Positions 19,784-28,137 are shown, counted from the first letter of the stretch. The stretch is DNA of 44,353 nt from Propylenella sp. (GCA_036396875.1 DASWJZ010000075.1:1-44353), one strand, 5' to 3'. The notes: generated from the sequence alone by a model not told the origin. Translations and numbers: made by a program.

Positions 19784-21880
19784 CTACTCCGCCGCTTCCG
19801 CGATCGGACCGAGAGACATCGCCGAGCACTCAGCCATAACTTTCGAGGCACGGGCGATCGGGTTCGTCAGGTAGAAATCCCGGATCGGGCTCGCGAATGC
19901 CTGCGTCCCGAGTTCGCCGCCGAGATCGGCGAGGCGCTCAAAGTCGGCCCTGTCCGCAGCCACGATCGCGTCGATCTCGGCCATATGCGGATGGTCCCGG
20001 TGGAGGCGCAGGCGGAGCTCCGCCAAGCTGTCGAACGGCAATGCGTGGCCGAGAACGCCGGAAAGGGCGCGCAGGATCGACCAGTCTTCCCGCGCGTCCC
20101 CTGGCGGGAAGGCGGCGCGGTTGCCAAGCTGCACGCGCCCCTCGGTGTTGACCCAGGTCCCGTTCTTCTCCGTGTAGGCCGCGCCGGGAAGAATCACGTC
20201 GGCGCGGTGGGCGCCGGCGTCGCCGTGCGTTCCGATATAGACGACGAGGGCGCCGGGCGGGGACATCGGGAGTTCGTCCGCGCCGAGCAGAAAGAGCACG
20301 TCCAGCCGATCCGCGTCGCCGGCGGTCATCTCGATCGCAGTCAGTCCGCCGGCTGCCGGTACGAAGCCGACGTCCAGCCCGCCCACGCGCGAAGCTGCCG
20401 TATGGAGGATGGACAGACCGGTCCAATCGTCGGTGACGGCTTCGACCCGGGCGGCGAGCCGGGCACAGGCCGAAAGCACGACCCGTCCCGCCGTACCCAT
20501 CAGCGCGCCCTGTCCCACGATGATGAGCGGACGCGCGGCACCCTTCAGCGTTTTAAGGAAGGCGTCCTCGCCGTCCGCCAGCCGGCCCAGCGACTCGGAT
20601 CCAGCGCCAAGATGTGTATACGGATAGGTCAGGTCCGCGCGTTCGCCGATGAGGGCAATTGGCAGGCCTCCGAGCCGCCACCGCTTGCGAATGCGAGCAT
20701 TGAGGACCGGCGCCTCCTTGCGCGGGTTGGAGCCGATAATGAGCACGGCATCGGCTGCCTCGATCCCGGCGATCGTTGCATTGAAGATATAACTGCCGCG
20801 GCCGAGCGCCGGATCGAGCGCCGTTCCATCCTGCCGGCAATCGATGTTAGGCGAGCCGAGCGCCTGCATGAGGAGCTTCAGCGCGAACGTCTCCTCCACG
20901 CTCGCCAGATCGCCGGCGACGGCGCCAATCCGGGAGCCGTTGGTCCGGCCGACCCGTTCGACGATCGCGCCGAATGCCTCCTGCCAGCCAACGGGGCGAA
21001 GGGAGCCGTCGATCCGGAGATAGGGGCGATCAAGGCGCTGCGTGCGGAGCCCGTCGACACAATAGCGCGTCTTGTCCGAGATCCACTCCTCGTTCACGAG
21101 CTCGTTGAGGCGCGGCAGAATGCGCATCACCTCCCTGCCCCGTGCATCGACGCGGATGCTGGAGCCGAGCGCATCCATGACGTCGACGGATTCCGTCTTG
21201 GAAAGCTCCCAGGGCCGCGCCTTGAACGAATAGGGCCTCGACGTCAGCGCTCCGACCGGGCAGAGGTCGATGACGTTCGCCTGTAGCTCCGACGTCATCG
21301 CGCGCTCGAGGTAGGTGGTGATCTCCATGTCCTCGCCGCGGCCGGTCGCGCCAAGCTCCGACACGCCCGCCACCTCGGTCGAAAACCGGATGCAGCGTGT
21401 GCAATGAATGCAGCGGTTCATGAACGTCTTGACGAGCGGCCCGATATACTTGTCCTCCACCGCTCGCTTGTTCTCGTGAAAGCGGGAGGAATCGACGCCG
21501 TAGGCCATCGCCTGGTCCTGCAGGTCGCACTCGCCGCCCTGGTCGCAAATCGGGCAGTCTAGCGGGTGATTGATCAGCAGGAATTCCATCACCCCCTCGC
21601 GGGCTTTCCGCGTCAGCTCCGAGCGGGTCAATACCTCGGGCGGCTCGCCGTTCGGCCCCGGCCGACAGTCCCGCACGCCCCACGCACAGGATGCGATGGG
21701 TTTTGGCGCCCCCTTCAGCTCCACCAGGCACATCCGGCAGTTTCCGGCGATCGACAGCCGCTCGTGGAAGCAGAAGCGCGGAATTTCGGCGCCCGCCTCC
21801 TCGCACGCCTGCAGCAGGGTAAAATGGGCAGGAACCTCAATCTCCCTGCCATCGACAATGAGCTTGCGGAGATCGCTCAT
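19784..21880 (-). CDS. nuoG: NADH-quinone oxidoreductase subunit G
   Basis: 698 aa with an N-terminal 2Fe-2S/4Fe-4S cysteine pattern (CEEAGAEIPRFCFHERLSIAGNCRMCLVE...) and a molybdopterin-like domain. Confidence 0.96.
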   Translation of the reverse strand: MSDLRKLIVDGREIEVPAHFTLLQACEEAGAEIPRFCFHERLSIAGNCRMCLVELKGAPKPIASCAWGVRDCRPGPNGEPPEVLTRSELTRKAREGVMEFLLINHPLDCPICDQGGECDLQDQAMAYGVDSSRFHENKRAVEDKYIGPLVKTFMNRCIHCTRCIRFSTEVAGVSELGATGRGEDMEITTYLERAMTSELQANVIDLCPVGALTSRPYSFKARPWELSKTESVDVMDALGSSIRVDARGREVMRILPRLNELVNEEWISDKTRYCVDGLRTQRLDRPYLRIDGSLRPVGWQEAFGAIVERVGRTNGSRIGAVAGDLASVEETFALKLLMQALGSPNIDCRQDGTALDPALGRGSYIFNATIAGIEAADAVLIIGSNPRKEAPVLNARIRKRWRLGGLPIALIGERADLTYPYTHLGAGSESLGRLADGEDAFLKTLKGAARPLIIVGQGALMGTAGRVVLSACARLAARVEAVTDDWTGLSILHTAASRVGGLDVGFVPAAGGLTAIEMTAGDADRLDVLFLLGADELPMSPPGALVVYIGTHGDAGAHRADVILPGAAYTEKNGTWVNTEGRVQLGNRAAFPPGDAREDWSILRALSGVLGHALPFDSLAELRLRLHRDHPHMAEIDAIVAADRADFERLADLGGELGTQAFASPIRDFYLTNPIARASKVMAECSAMSLGPIAEAAE

Positions 21881-22086
21881 CGGGATTGATCCATATGAGA
21901 CCGCCTCGCGCGGGGCCGCGGCGAAGTGTCGGGAGCCGAGGCTGAGAGTCGTAGCGCTTCATCAACAGCGTCATTGACGATCCGGGCTATAATTTCACGC
22001 CCCTTCGCCTCGACGCAGGATGCATGCTGCAGCGCCGTCCGGCTCGGCAGGCTTGCGTCCAGGCGATGGTCGTTCATACGCTTCAC
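21877..22086 (-). CDS. possible small ORF (66-69 aa) between nuoF and nuoG
   Basis: GTG at 22086 or ATG at 22077 (MNDHRLDASLPSRTALQHASCVEAKGREIIARIVNDAVDEALRLS...). Its stop overlaps the nuoG ATG (ATGA). Codon bias decays in the second half and no domain is recognised. Confidence 0.3.
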   Translation of the reverse strand: MKRMNDHRLDASLPSRTALQHASCVEAKGREIIARIVNDAVDEALRLSASAPDTSPRPRARRSHMDQSR

Positions 22087-22091
22087 AACGT

Positions 22092-23396
22092 CTACTCCGC
22101 TGCCTGCAGGATGGCTTCTGGAGGCTTCGGGGTGGCCGAATATTGATCGATCCGCGCCTCGATTTCATGGCGGAAGTGGCGGATGAGCCCCTGCACCGGC
22201 CAGACTGCGCCGTCGGCAAAGGCGCAGATGGTGTGGCCTTCGATCTGGGTCGTAACCTCGAGAAGCATGTCGATCTCACGCTTCTCCGCCTCGCCGCGCG
22301 ACATCCTCTCGAGCACCCGCCACATCCAGCCCATTCCTTCGCGGCACGGCGTGCACTGGCCGCAGCTTTCGTGCTTGTAGAAGTACGAAATGCGGGTGAT
22401 GGCGCGGACGATGTCGGTCGACTTGTCCATGACGATCACAGCAGCGGTGCCGAAGCTCGATTTCAGCTCGCGCATCCCGTCGAAATCCATGATCGCGTCG
22501 CCGCACTGATGCGCCGGGATGAGGGGGCAGGACGAGCCGCCGGGGATCATGGCAAGAAGATTGTCCCAGCCGCCGCGCACGCCGCCGGCGTGCGTTTCGA
22601 TCAGCTCGCGAAACGGAATGCTCATCGTCTCTTCGACGGTGCAAGGCGAATTCACGTGGCCGGATATGTTGAACAGCTTGGTGCCGAGATTGTTGGGACG
22701 GCCGAAGCTCGCGAACCAGCCTGCTCCGCGGCGCATGATGTCGGGGACGACGGCGATCGATTCCACGTTGTTCACGGTCGTCGGGCAGCCATAGACCCCC
22801 ATATTGGCGGGGAACGGTGGCTTCAGCCGGGGCATTCCCTTCTTCCCCTCGAGACTCTCGAGAAGCGCCGTCTCCTCGCCGCAGATATAGGCGCCGGCGC
22901 CATGCGTGACGATGAGTTCGAAGTCCCAACCGTGGACGTTGTCCTTGCCGATCAGCCGCTCCTCGTAGGCTTCGTCCACCGCGCTCTGAAGCGCCTCGCG
23001 CTCGCGGATATATTCGCCGCGGATGTAGATGAAGCAGGCGTTGGCTCCCATGGCGAAGGACGCAATCAGGCAGCCCTCGACGAGGAGATGCGGGTCGTGC
23101 CGCATGATCTCGCGGTCCTTGCACGTCCCCGGCTCGGATTCGTCGGCGTTGACGACCAGGTAGTGCGGCCGCCCGTCCGGCTGCTTCGGCATGAAGGACC
23201 ATTTGAGGCCAGTCGGAAAGCCCGCGCCGCCGCGCCCGCGCAGGCCCGACTTCTTGACCTCTTCGACGATGGCGTCGCGGCCGCGTTCGAGGATGGCCTT
23301 GGTTCCGTCCCAGGCACCGCGCAGTTGCGCGCCCTTGAGCCCCGGATCGTGCAACCCGTAAAGATTTAGAAAGATGCGGTCCTTGTCGGCGAGCAT
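22092..23396 (-). CDS. nuoF: NADH-quinone oxidoreductase subunit F (NADH/FMN-binding)
   Basis: 434 aa with [18 protein letters not shown] (FMN/NADH site) and the 4Fe-4S motif [12 protein letters not shown]. Confidence 0.97.
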   Translation of the reverse strand: MLADKDRIFLNLYGLHDPGLKGAQLRGAWDGTKAILERGRDAIVEEVKKSGLRGRGGAGFPTGLKWSFMPKQPDGRPHYLVVNADESEPGTCKDREIMRHDPHLLVEGCLIASFAMGANACFIYIRGEYIREREALQSAVDEAYEERLIGKDNVHGWDFELIVTHGAGAYICGEETALLESLEGKKGMPRLKPPFPANMGVYGCPTTVNNVESIAVVPDIMRRGAGWFASFGRPNNLGTKLFNISGHVNSPCTVEETMSIPFRELIETHAGGVRGGWDNLLAMIPGGSSCPLIPAHQCGDAIMDFDGMRELKSSFGTAAVIVMDKSTDIVRAITRISYFYKHESCGQCTPCREGMGWMWRVLERMSRGEAEKREIDMLLEVTTQIEGHTICAFADGAVWPVQGLIRHFRHEIEARIDQYSATPKPPEAILQAAE

Positions 23397-23398
23397 GC

Positions 23399-24391
23399 TC
23401 AGCCTTCCCTGTCGCCGGTCTCAGAGTCACGGTCGGAGCGGGGCTGCGCGGCACGGTCCTCACCGCTCCGGCGCTCCGGCGGCTGGACCTTTGCGGAATG
23501 CCCCTTTGGCTGTCCCGCGGGCTCGCCGACCGCGCGAGCGGCGGCTTCGTCCGCCCGGCCGGTTGGATCGACGCGTCCGATCTTTTGCGCCTCGGTTGCA
23601 GGGCCGCGCGGGTCAGCGCCACTCGCCTTTGGAGCACCTCCGGCGCGGCGTGCCTGCTTTGCTCGAAGGAGTTCGCCCGGAGGATAGCTTTTCTCCGCCG
23701 CCGGCGGAGTGGGCGCGGACGGCGCGGCGCCGGCGGACCGCCCGGCGTCTGCTCCGTAGCGGCCCTCGGGCGGGACGTCGTCCGCGGCGTAGTCGATTTC
23801 CTTTAGCGAGGTAAGACCGGTGATCGGCATCGAATATTGGCGTCCGTTCTGTGGCCCGGGCGGGGGCCGCTCGTCTCGGGCAAAGGCGTCGAGCAGCGCC
23901 TCGAAGACTTCGCCGGTCAGATCCTCGTAGGTATCCTTCGAGACCTGGACCATCGGCGCATTCACGCAGGCGCCAAGGCATTCGACCTCCTCCCACGACA
24001 GCGCGCCGTCAGCCGAACGGTGGTGCGGATGCGGATGGATGCGCGCGCGGCAGATATCGATCAGCTCGCCGGCGCCGCGCAGCATGCAGGGCGTAGTGCC
24101 GCACACCTGGATATGCGCCTTCGAGCCAACCGGCTCGAGGTGGAACATCGTGTAGAAAGTGGCGACTTCGAGAACGCGGATTAGCGGCATGTCGAGCATT
24201 TTGGCGACACTCTCGATTGCCGGTCTCGTCAGCCAGCCCTCCTGGTCCTGTGCCCGCCAGAGAAGCTGGATGACCGCCGAGGCCTGCCGTCCTGCCGGGA
24301 ATTTGGCGATTATCCGCTCCGCCCAGGCGCGGTTCTCCTGGGTGAAGGCAAAGGTATCAGGCTGCGCTTCCGCGAGGCGACGGACGGCCAT
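23399..24391 (-). CDS. nuoE: NADH-quinone oxidoreductase subunit E with a long low-complexity C-terminal tail
   Basis: 330 aa. The thioredoxin-like 2Fe-2S domain has the [11 protein letters not shown] and [10 protein letters not shown] cysteines. Residues from about 201 to 330 are Ala/Pro/Arg/Gly-rich. Confidence 0.93.
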   Translation of the reverse strand: MAVRRLAEAQPDTFAFTQENRAWAERIIAKFPAGRQASAVIQLLWRAQDQEGWLTRPAIESVAKMLDMPLIRVLEVATFYTMFHLEPVGSKAHIQVCGTTPCMLRGAGELIDICRARIHPHPHHRSADGALSWEEVECLGACVNAPMVQVSKDTYEDLTGEVFEALLDAFARDERPPPGPQNGRQYSMPITGLTSLKEIDYAADDVPPEGRYGADAGRSAGAAPSAPTPPAAEKSYPPGELLRAKQARRAGGAPKASGADPRGPATEAQKIGRVDPTGRADEAAARAVGEPAGQPKGHSAKVQPPERRSGEDRAAQPRSDRDSETGDREG

Positions 24392-24544
24392 GAGGCTCGA
24401 AATCCAAAGTACAGCGGGCTTGGTTTTGCAGCGGTTCTAGCATTTGCAGTGCGAAAGGCCAGTGTCGCATCGCGACATGATGCGGCGGGAGCCGGGTCTC
24501 CCTCTGGTCTTGTTTCAGCACCGGCAGGAAACCGGCGGGCGCCG

Positions 24545-25735
24545 TCAACGATCCACCTCGCCGAACACGATATCGATCGAGCCGAGGACGGCGGACACGT
24601 CGGCCAGCATGTGGCCGCGGCACATGAAATCGATTGCCTGGAGATGAGCGAAACCGGGCGGGCGAATCTTGCACCGGTAGGGGCGGTTCGAGCCGTCGGA
24701 GACAAGATAGACTCCGAACTCGCCCTTCGGCGCCTCGACGGCCGCGTAAACCTCGCCTTCCGGCACGTGAAAGCCCTCCGTGTAAAGCTTGAAATGATGG
24801 ATCAGCGCTTCCATCGAGCGCTTCATCTCGCCCCGCTTCGGGGGCACGATCTTGTTGTCGACAATGGAGACCGGCCCGGCGCCGTCGGCCGAAAGAAGCT
24901 TTTCCACGCACTGCTTCATGATGCGCGTCGCCTCCCGCATTTCGATCATGCGGATCACGTATCGGTCATAATTGTCGCCGTTTTTGCCGACTGGAATATC
25001 GAACTCCAGCTCGGGATAGCACTCGTAAGGCTGCGCCTTGCGCAGGTCCCATGCGGCGCCCGACCCACGCACCATCACGCCGGAGAACCCCCACTTCCAG
25101 GCATCGTCGAGGCTCACCACGCCGATGTCGACATTGCGCTGCTTGAAAATACGGTTCTCGGTCAGAAGCTCTTCGAGATCGTCGCATACTTTCAGGAACG
25201 GATCGCAGAACGCGCCGATGTCCTCGACGAGTTTCGGCGTCAGATCCTGGTGCACTCCACCCGGCCGAAAATAGGCGGCGTGCATGCGCGAGCCCGAGGC
25301 GCGCTCGTAGAAGACCATGAGCTTCTCGCGCTCCTCAAAGCCCCAGAGGGGCGGCGTGAGCGCTCCCACATCCATGGCCTGCGTGGTGACGTTGAGGAGG
25401 TGCGACAGGAGTCGTCCGATCTCCGAGTAGAGGACGCGGATGAGCTGGCCGCGCTTCGGCACGTCGACGCCGAGCAGGCGTTCCACCGCCAGACACCAGG
25501 CATGCTCCTGGTTCATCGGAGCCACATAATCGAGCCGGTCGAAGTAGGGCAGCGCCTGCAGGTAGGTCTTCGACTCGATCAGCTTCTCGGTGCCGCGGTG
25601 CAGGAGCCCGATATGCGGGTCGACCCGCTCGACAACCTCTCCGTCGAGCTCGAGCACCAGCCGCAGAACGCCGTGCGCCGCCGGATGCTGCGGGCCGAAG
25701 TTGATGTTGAAGTTGCGAACGTCGGCTTCAGGCAT
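24545..25735 (-). CDS. nuoD: NADH-quinone oxidoreductase subunit D
   Basis: 396 aa from the internal ATG ([33 protein letters not shown]...). The track ORF's 75 extra upstream codons read through the heptamer repeat. Confidence 0.96.
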   Translation of the reverse strand: MPEADVRNFNINFGPQHPAAHGVLRLVLELDGEVVERVDPHIGLLHRGTEKLIESKTYLQALPYFDRLDYVAPMNQEHAWCLAVERLLGVDVPKRGQLIRVLYSEIGRLLSHLLNVTTQAMDVGALTPPLWGFEEREKLMVFYERASGSRMHAAYFRPGGVHQDLTPKLVEDIGAFCDPFLKVCDDLEELLTENRIFKQRNVDIGVVSLDDAWKWGFSGVMVRGSGAAWDLRKAQPYECYPELEFDIPVGKNGDNYDRYVIRMIEMREATRIMKQCVEKLLSADGAGPVSIVDNKIVPPKRGEMKRSMEALIHHFKLYTEGFHVPEGEVYAAVEAPKGEFGVYLVSDGSNRPYRCKIRPPGFAHLQAIDFMCRGHMLADVSAVLGSIDIVFGEVDR

Positions 25736-25764
25736 GGGGAGTAGCGAGGGGGCCAGTCGCAAGA

Positions 25765-25794
25765 AGTGAGTGGTGAGTAGTGAGTAGTGAGTGG
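25765..25794. repeat. inverted-repeat arm, four tandem heptamers + GG
   Basis: Plus strand reads AGTGAGT GGTGAGT AGTGAGT AGTGAGT GG. Confidence 0.9.
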
Positions 25795-25817
25795 AAAGGC
25801 GCCAGTTCCATCGTCTC

Positions 25818-26228
25818 TCAGACCTCCGAGTATCGCTTCTGCAGTGCCCGAATATACGTCCGCAGCATCTTGCCGAGTGACTCGCAACTTGAGAGCAGCG
25901 CGCGAGTCGTTGCCGGACCCGCGATCCCAACCCTTTCGGCCAGCAGAAGATGGGTCTCAAGCTCTTTCAGGGAACCCTGCGACATTCGGGAAAACTGGAT
26001 GAAAGAGCGCGTCTGCTCGCGCCCATGGCCCTCAGCGATGTTCGCGGCGATGGATGCCGCTGACCTTCGAATCTGGGAGGTCATTCCAAAGAGCTCGTCC
26101 TTAGGAAAGTTTTTCGTCAGGCGATAGCAGGCCTCTGCGATCGTCATGGCGTGCTGCCATACGCGCAAGTCGCGATATGAACTGACCGCAGTCCTCTCCG
26201 CAGTCTGTTCCCACTCACTATTCACCAC
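25818..26228 (-). CDS. four-helix-bundle protein (23S rRNA intervening-sequence protein family, Avd-like)
   Basis: 136 aa with a GTG start. Family-typical motifs: [42 protein letters not shown] and [14 protein letters not shown]. The start codon lies inside the right repeat arm. Confidence 0.85.
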   Translation of the reverse strand: MVNSEWEQTAERTAVSSYRDLRVWQHAMTIAEACYRLTKNFPKDELFGMTSQIRRSAASIAANIAEGHGREQTRSFIQFSRMSQGSLKELETHLLLAERVGIAGPATTRALLSSCESLGKMLRTYIRALQKRYSEV

Positions 26229-26240
26229 TCACTACTCACT
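26211..26240. repeat. inverted-repeat arm, partner of 25765-25794
   Basis: Plus strand reads CCACTCACTATTCACCACTCACTACTCACT. Its reverse complement is AGTGAGT AGTGAGT GGTGAAT AGTGAGT GG. Pairing with the other arm gives 27 Watson-Crick pairs plus 1 G-U out of 30. Confidence 0.9.
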
Positions 26241-26852
26241 CTTCTTCTCATCCCCCGGAAGCGCGTAATCCGGCCCCTCCCACGGCGAGAGGAAATCGAA
26301 GTTGCGGTACTCCTGCGGCAGCTTCACCGGCTCGTAGACGACGCGGCGCTTCTCGGCGTCGTAGCGCACCTCGACAAAACCGGTGAGCGGAAAATCCTTG
26401 CGAAGCGGGTGCCCGCGGAACCCGTAATCCGTGAGAATCCGGCGGAAGTCGGGGTTGCCGGAGAACAGGATGCCGTAGAGGTCGTAGGCCTCGCGCTCGA
26501 ACCACGTCGCGGCGGGAAAGACCGCGCTGATTGAAGGTACCGCCGTTTCCGCGTCGGTCTCGATCTTGACGCGGACGCGGTGGTTCCGGCGCGGGCTGAG
26601 GAGATGATAGACGACATCGAAACGCTTCTCGCGCTGCGGCCAGTCGACGCCGCACAGGTCGATGAACGACACGAACCGAAGCTCCGGATCATCGCGCAGC
26701 GCCGCAATCACCTCGACGATCGCCTCCGGCGCGACCCTGACCGTCAGCTCCTGGTACGCCACCTCCTGCGCAAGTATTCGCGACCCGAGCACTTCGGCGA
26801 CACGCAGGGCGATGTCGTCGAGGCCGCGCTTCTCCGGCGAATACTGGTTCAT
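26232..26852 (-). CDS. nuoC: NADH-quinone oxidoreductase subunit C
   Basis: 206 aa with the conserved ...[12 protein letters not shown]...[29 protein letters not shown]... region. Its last two codons and the TAG lie inside the repeat arm. Confidence 0.95.
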   Translation of the reverse strand: MNQYSPEKRGLDDIALRVAEVLGSRILAQEVAYQELTVRVAPEAIVEVIAALRDDPELRFVSFIDLCGVDWPQREKRFDVVYHLLSPRRNHRVRVKIETDAETAVPSISAVFPAATWFEREAYDLYGILFSGNPDFRRILTDYGFRGHPLRKDFPLTGFVEVRYDAEKRRVVYEPVKLPQEYRNFDFLSPWEGPDYALPGDEKKSE

Positions 26853-26855
26853 GCT

Positions 26856-26880
26856 CTAGCGCTCAATCGTGCCAGTGCCG
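26856..26880. repeat. direct-repeat copy of the nuoB 3' end (partner 27157-27181)
   Basis: ctagcgctcaatcgtgccagtgccg versus ctagcgctcgatcgtgccggtgcgg: 22/25 identical, including the complement of the nuoB TAG stop. The copy lies 3 nt upstream of the nuoC ATG. Confidence 0.8.
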
Positions 26881-26902
26881 GGGACGACGAGCGGGCTGCC
26901 GC

Positions 26903-27154
26903 TCACCTGTGCTCCTCCAATTCACGAACGCGGCGCTCCAGGGCTTCGATCCGTTCCTCGAATTCTCCCGTCACGAGCTTGCTGAGAAGGCTATCCGCCG
27001 ATAGCGCCTGCTTGAAGGATGCTTGCGCCGCTTCCAATGCGATTGGCCGGCGGTCCACGGTGTCAAAGCGTGTATCTACTCGGTCAAACCGGGCCGCGAT
27101 CTCGGCGCGCATTTCGCGCAGCAATGGAAGGATCATGTCGGACGGGTCGGCCAT
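26903..27154 (-). CDS. hypothetical 83-aa coiled-coil protein between nuoB and nuoC
   Basis: MADPSDMILPLLREMRAEIAARFDRVDTRFDTVDRRPIALEAAQASFKQALSADSLLSKLVTGEFEERIEALERRVRELEEHR. The ATG lies 2 nt after the nuoB stop. Codon structure is clean (59/83 codons end in G/C by hand count). No TM helix and no recognised domain. Confidence 0.6.
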   Translation of the reverse strand: MADPSDMILPLLREMRAEIAARFDRVDTRFDTVDRRPIALEAAQASFKQALSADSLLSKLVTGEFEERIEALERRVRELEEHR

Positions 27155-27156
27155 AT

Positions 27157-27741
27157 CTAGCGCTCGATCGTGCCGGTGCGGCGGATCTTCTTCTGCAGCA
27201 GCAGCACGCCGTAAAGCAGCGCCTCCGCGGACGGCGGGCAGCCCGGCACGTAGATGTCGACCGGCACGACCCGGTCGCAGCCGCGGACCACCGAATAGGA
27301 ATAGTGATAGTAGCCGCCGCCGTTGGCGCAGGAGCCCATGGAGATGACGTAGCGCGGCTCCGGCATCTGGTCGTAGACCTTGCGCAGCGCCGGCGCCATC
27401 TTGTTGCAGAGCGTGCCGGCGACGATCATCACGTCCGACTGCCGCGGACTGGCGCGCGGCGCGAAGCCAAAACGCTCGGCGTCGTAGCGCGGCATCGACA
27501 TCTGCATCATCTCCACCGCGCAGCAGGCAAGCCCGAAGGTCATCCACATGAGCGAGCCGGTGCGAGCCCAGGTGATCAGCTCGTCGGTCGAGGTGACGAG
27601 CCAGCCCCTGTCGGCGAGCTCGTCGTTCACCTCGGTGAAGAACGGATCTCGGCGCTTGTCGGCCGGCAGGTAGCCGGCTTCCGTCCGTTCAGGGTGAGGG
27701 CCCGGTTCAATCAGTCCCATTCGAGCGCGCCCTTCTTCCAT
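27157..27741 (-). CDS. nuoB: NADH-quinone oxidoreductase subunit B
   Basis: 194-aa ORF with the conserved [22 protein letters not shown]...[14 protein letters not shown]...VPGCPP 4Fe-4S (N2) ligands. An alternative ATG at 27720 (MGLIEPG) gives 187 aa. Both starts overlap the nuoA end. Confidence 0.93.
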   Translation of the reverse strand: MEEGRARMGLIEPGPHPERTEAGYLPADKRRDPFFTEVNDELADRGWLVTSTDELITWARTGSLMWMTFGLACCAVEMMQMSMPRYDAERFGFAPRASPRQSDVMIVAGTLCNKMAPALRKVYDQMPEPRYVISMGSCANGGGYYHYSYSVVRGCDRVVPVDIYVPGCPPSAEALLYGVLLLQKKIRRTGTIER

Positions 27742-28076
27742 TCATAGATGAATCCAACGGTCAGCACGCCCAGAAAGATAAGCACGGAAACCAGGCCAAA
27801 CCACCCGAGGCTCTTGAAGGCGACAACCCAGGGAAACAGGAAAGCCACTTCGAGGTCGAAAATGATGAACAGGATGGCGACGAGGTAGAAGCGCACGTCG
27901 AACTTCATCCGCGCGTCGTCAAACGCGGCGAAACCGCACTCATAGGCCGAAAGCTTCTCGGAATCAGGCTGCTTGTAGGCGACGACGAACGGCGCGGCAA
28001 GCAGTGCAAGCCCGATGACGAGAGCGACACCGATGAAGATGACGATCGGAAGATAGCTCTGCAGCAGCGCTTCCAT
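27711..28076 (-). CDS. nuoA: NADH-quinone oxidoreductase subunit A
   Basis: 121 aa from ATG 28076 ([14 protein letters not shown]...), with GGGAG 5 nt upstream. The track start (GTG at 28082) adds 2 codons. Confidence 0.93.
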   Translation of the reverse strand: MEALLQSYLPIVIFIGVALVIGLALLAAPFVVAYKQPDSEKLSAYECGFAAFDDARMKFDVRFYLVAILFIIFDLEVAFLFPWVVAFKSLGWFGLVSVLIFLGVLTVGFIYEWKKGALEWD

Positions 28077-28109
28077 CCGCACTCCCGTTGCGGCGCAACA
28101 AACGCGGGC

Positions 28110-28137
28110 AATCTAGCCGCCAGCCGACGCCGGTCAA
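28110..28137 (-). promoter_or_regulatory. candidate sigma70-type promoter of the nuo operon
   Basis: Minus strand reads TTGACC (28137-28132), a 16-nt spacer, then TAGATT (28115-28110), about 30 nt upstream of the nuoA ATG. Confidence 0.5.

Larger units (their letters stand above)
25765..26240 (-). mobile_element. IVS-like cassette: inverted heptamer-repeat arms enclosing a four-helix-bundle gene
   Basis: Two 30-nt inverted arms (25765-25794 and 26211-26240) enclose one ORF and sit exactly in the nuoC-nuoD intercistronic space. No transposase is present, so mobility is inferred from the architecture only. Confidence 0.5.

Noticed and set aside
22276-23637. A 453-aa minus-strand ORF overlapping nuoF/nuoE in another frame. 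Comparable alternative-frame ORFs occur at 15744..16580, 18708..19829, 21030..21806, 38968..39876 and 29147..29692.
   Set aside because: Extreme Arg/Gly/Pro/Ala composition, no motifs, and complete overlap with strongly conserved genes. These are typical high-GC off-frame open reading.
25765-26240. Whether the heptamer repeats flanking the four-helix-bundle gene are a CRISPR array, or part of a diversity-generating retroelement (the Avd-like protein).
   Set aside because: There are only two repeat blocks, in inverted rather than direct orientation. Each is an internal tandem of 7-mers, with no spacers. No reverse transcriptase and no template/variable repeat pair occurs anywhere in the window. 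The DGR and CRISPR readings therefore fail, and the element is reported as an IVS-like cassette instead.
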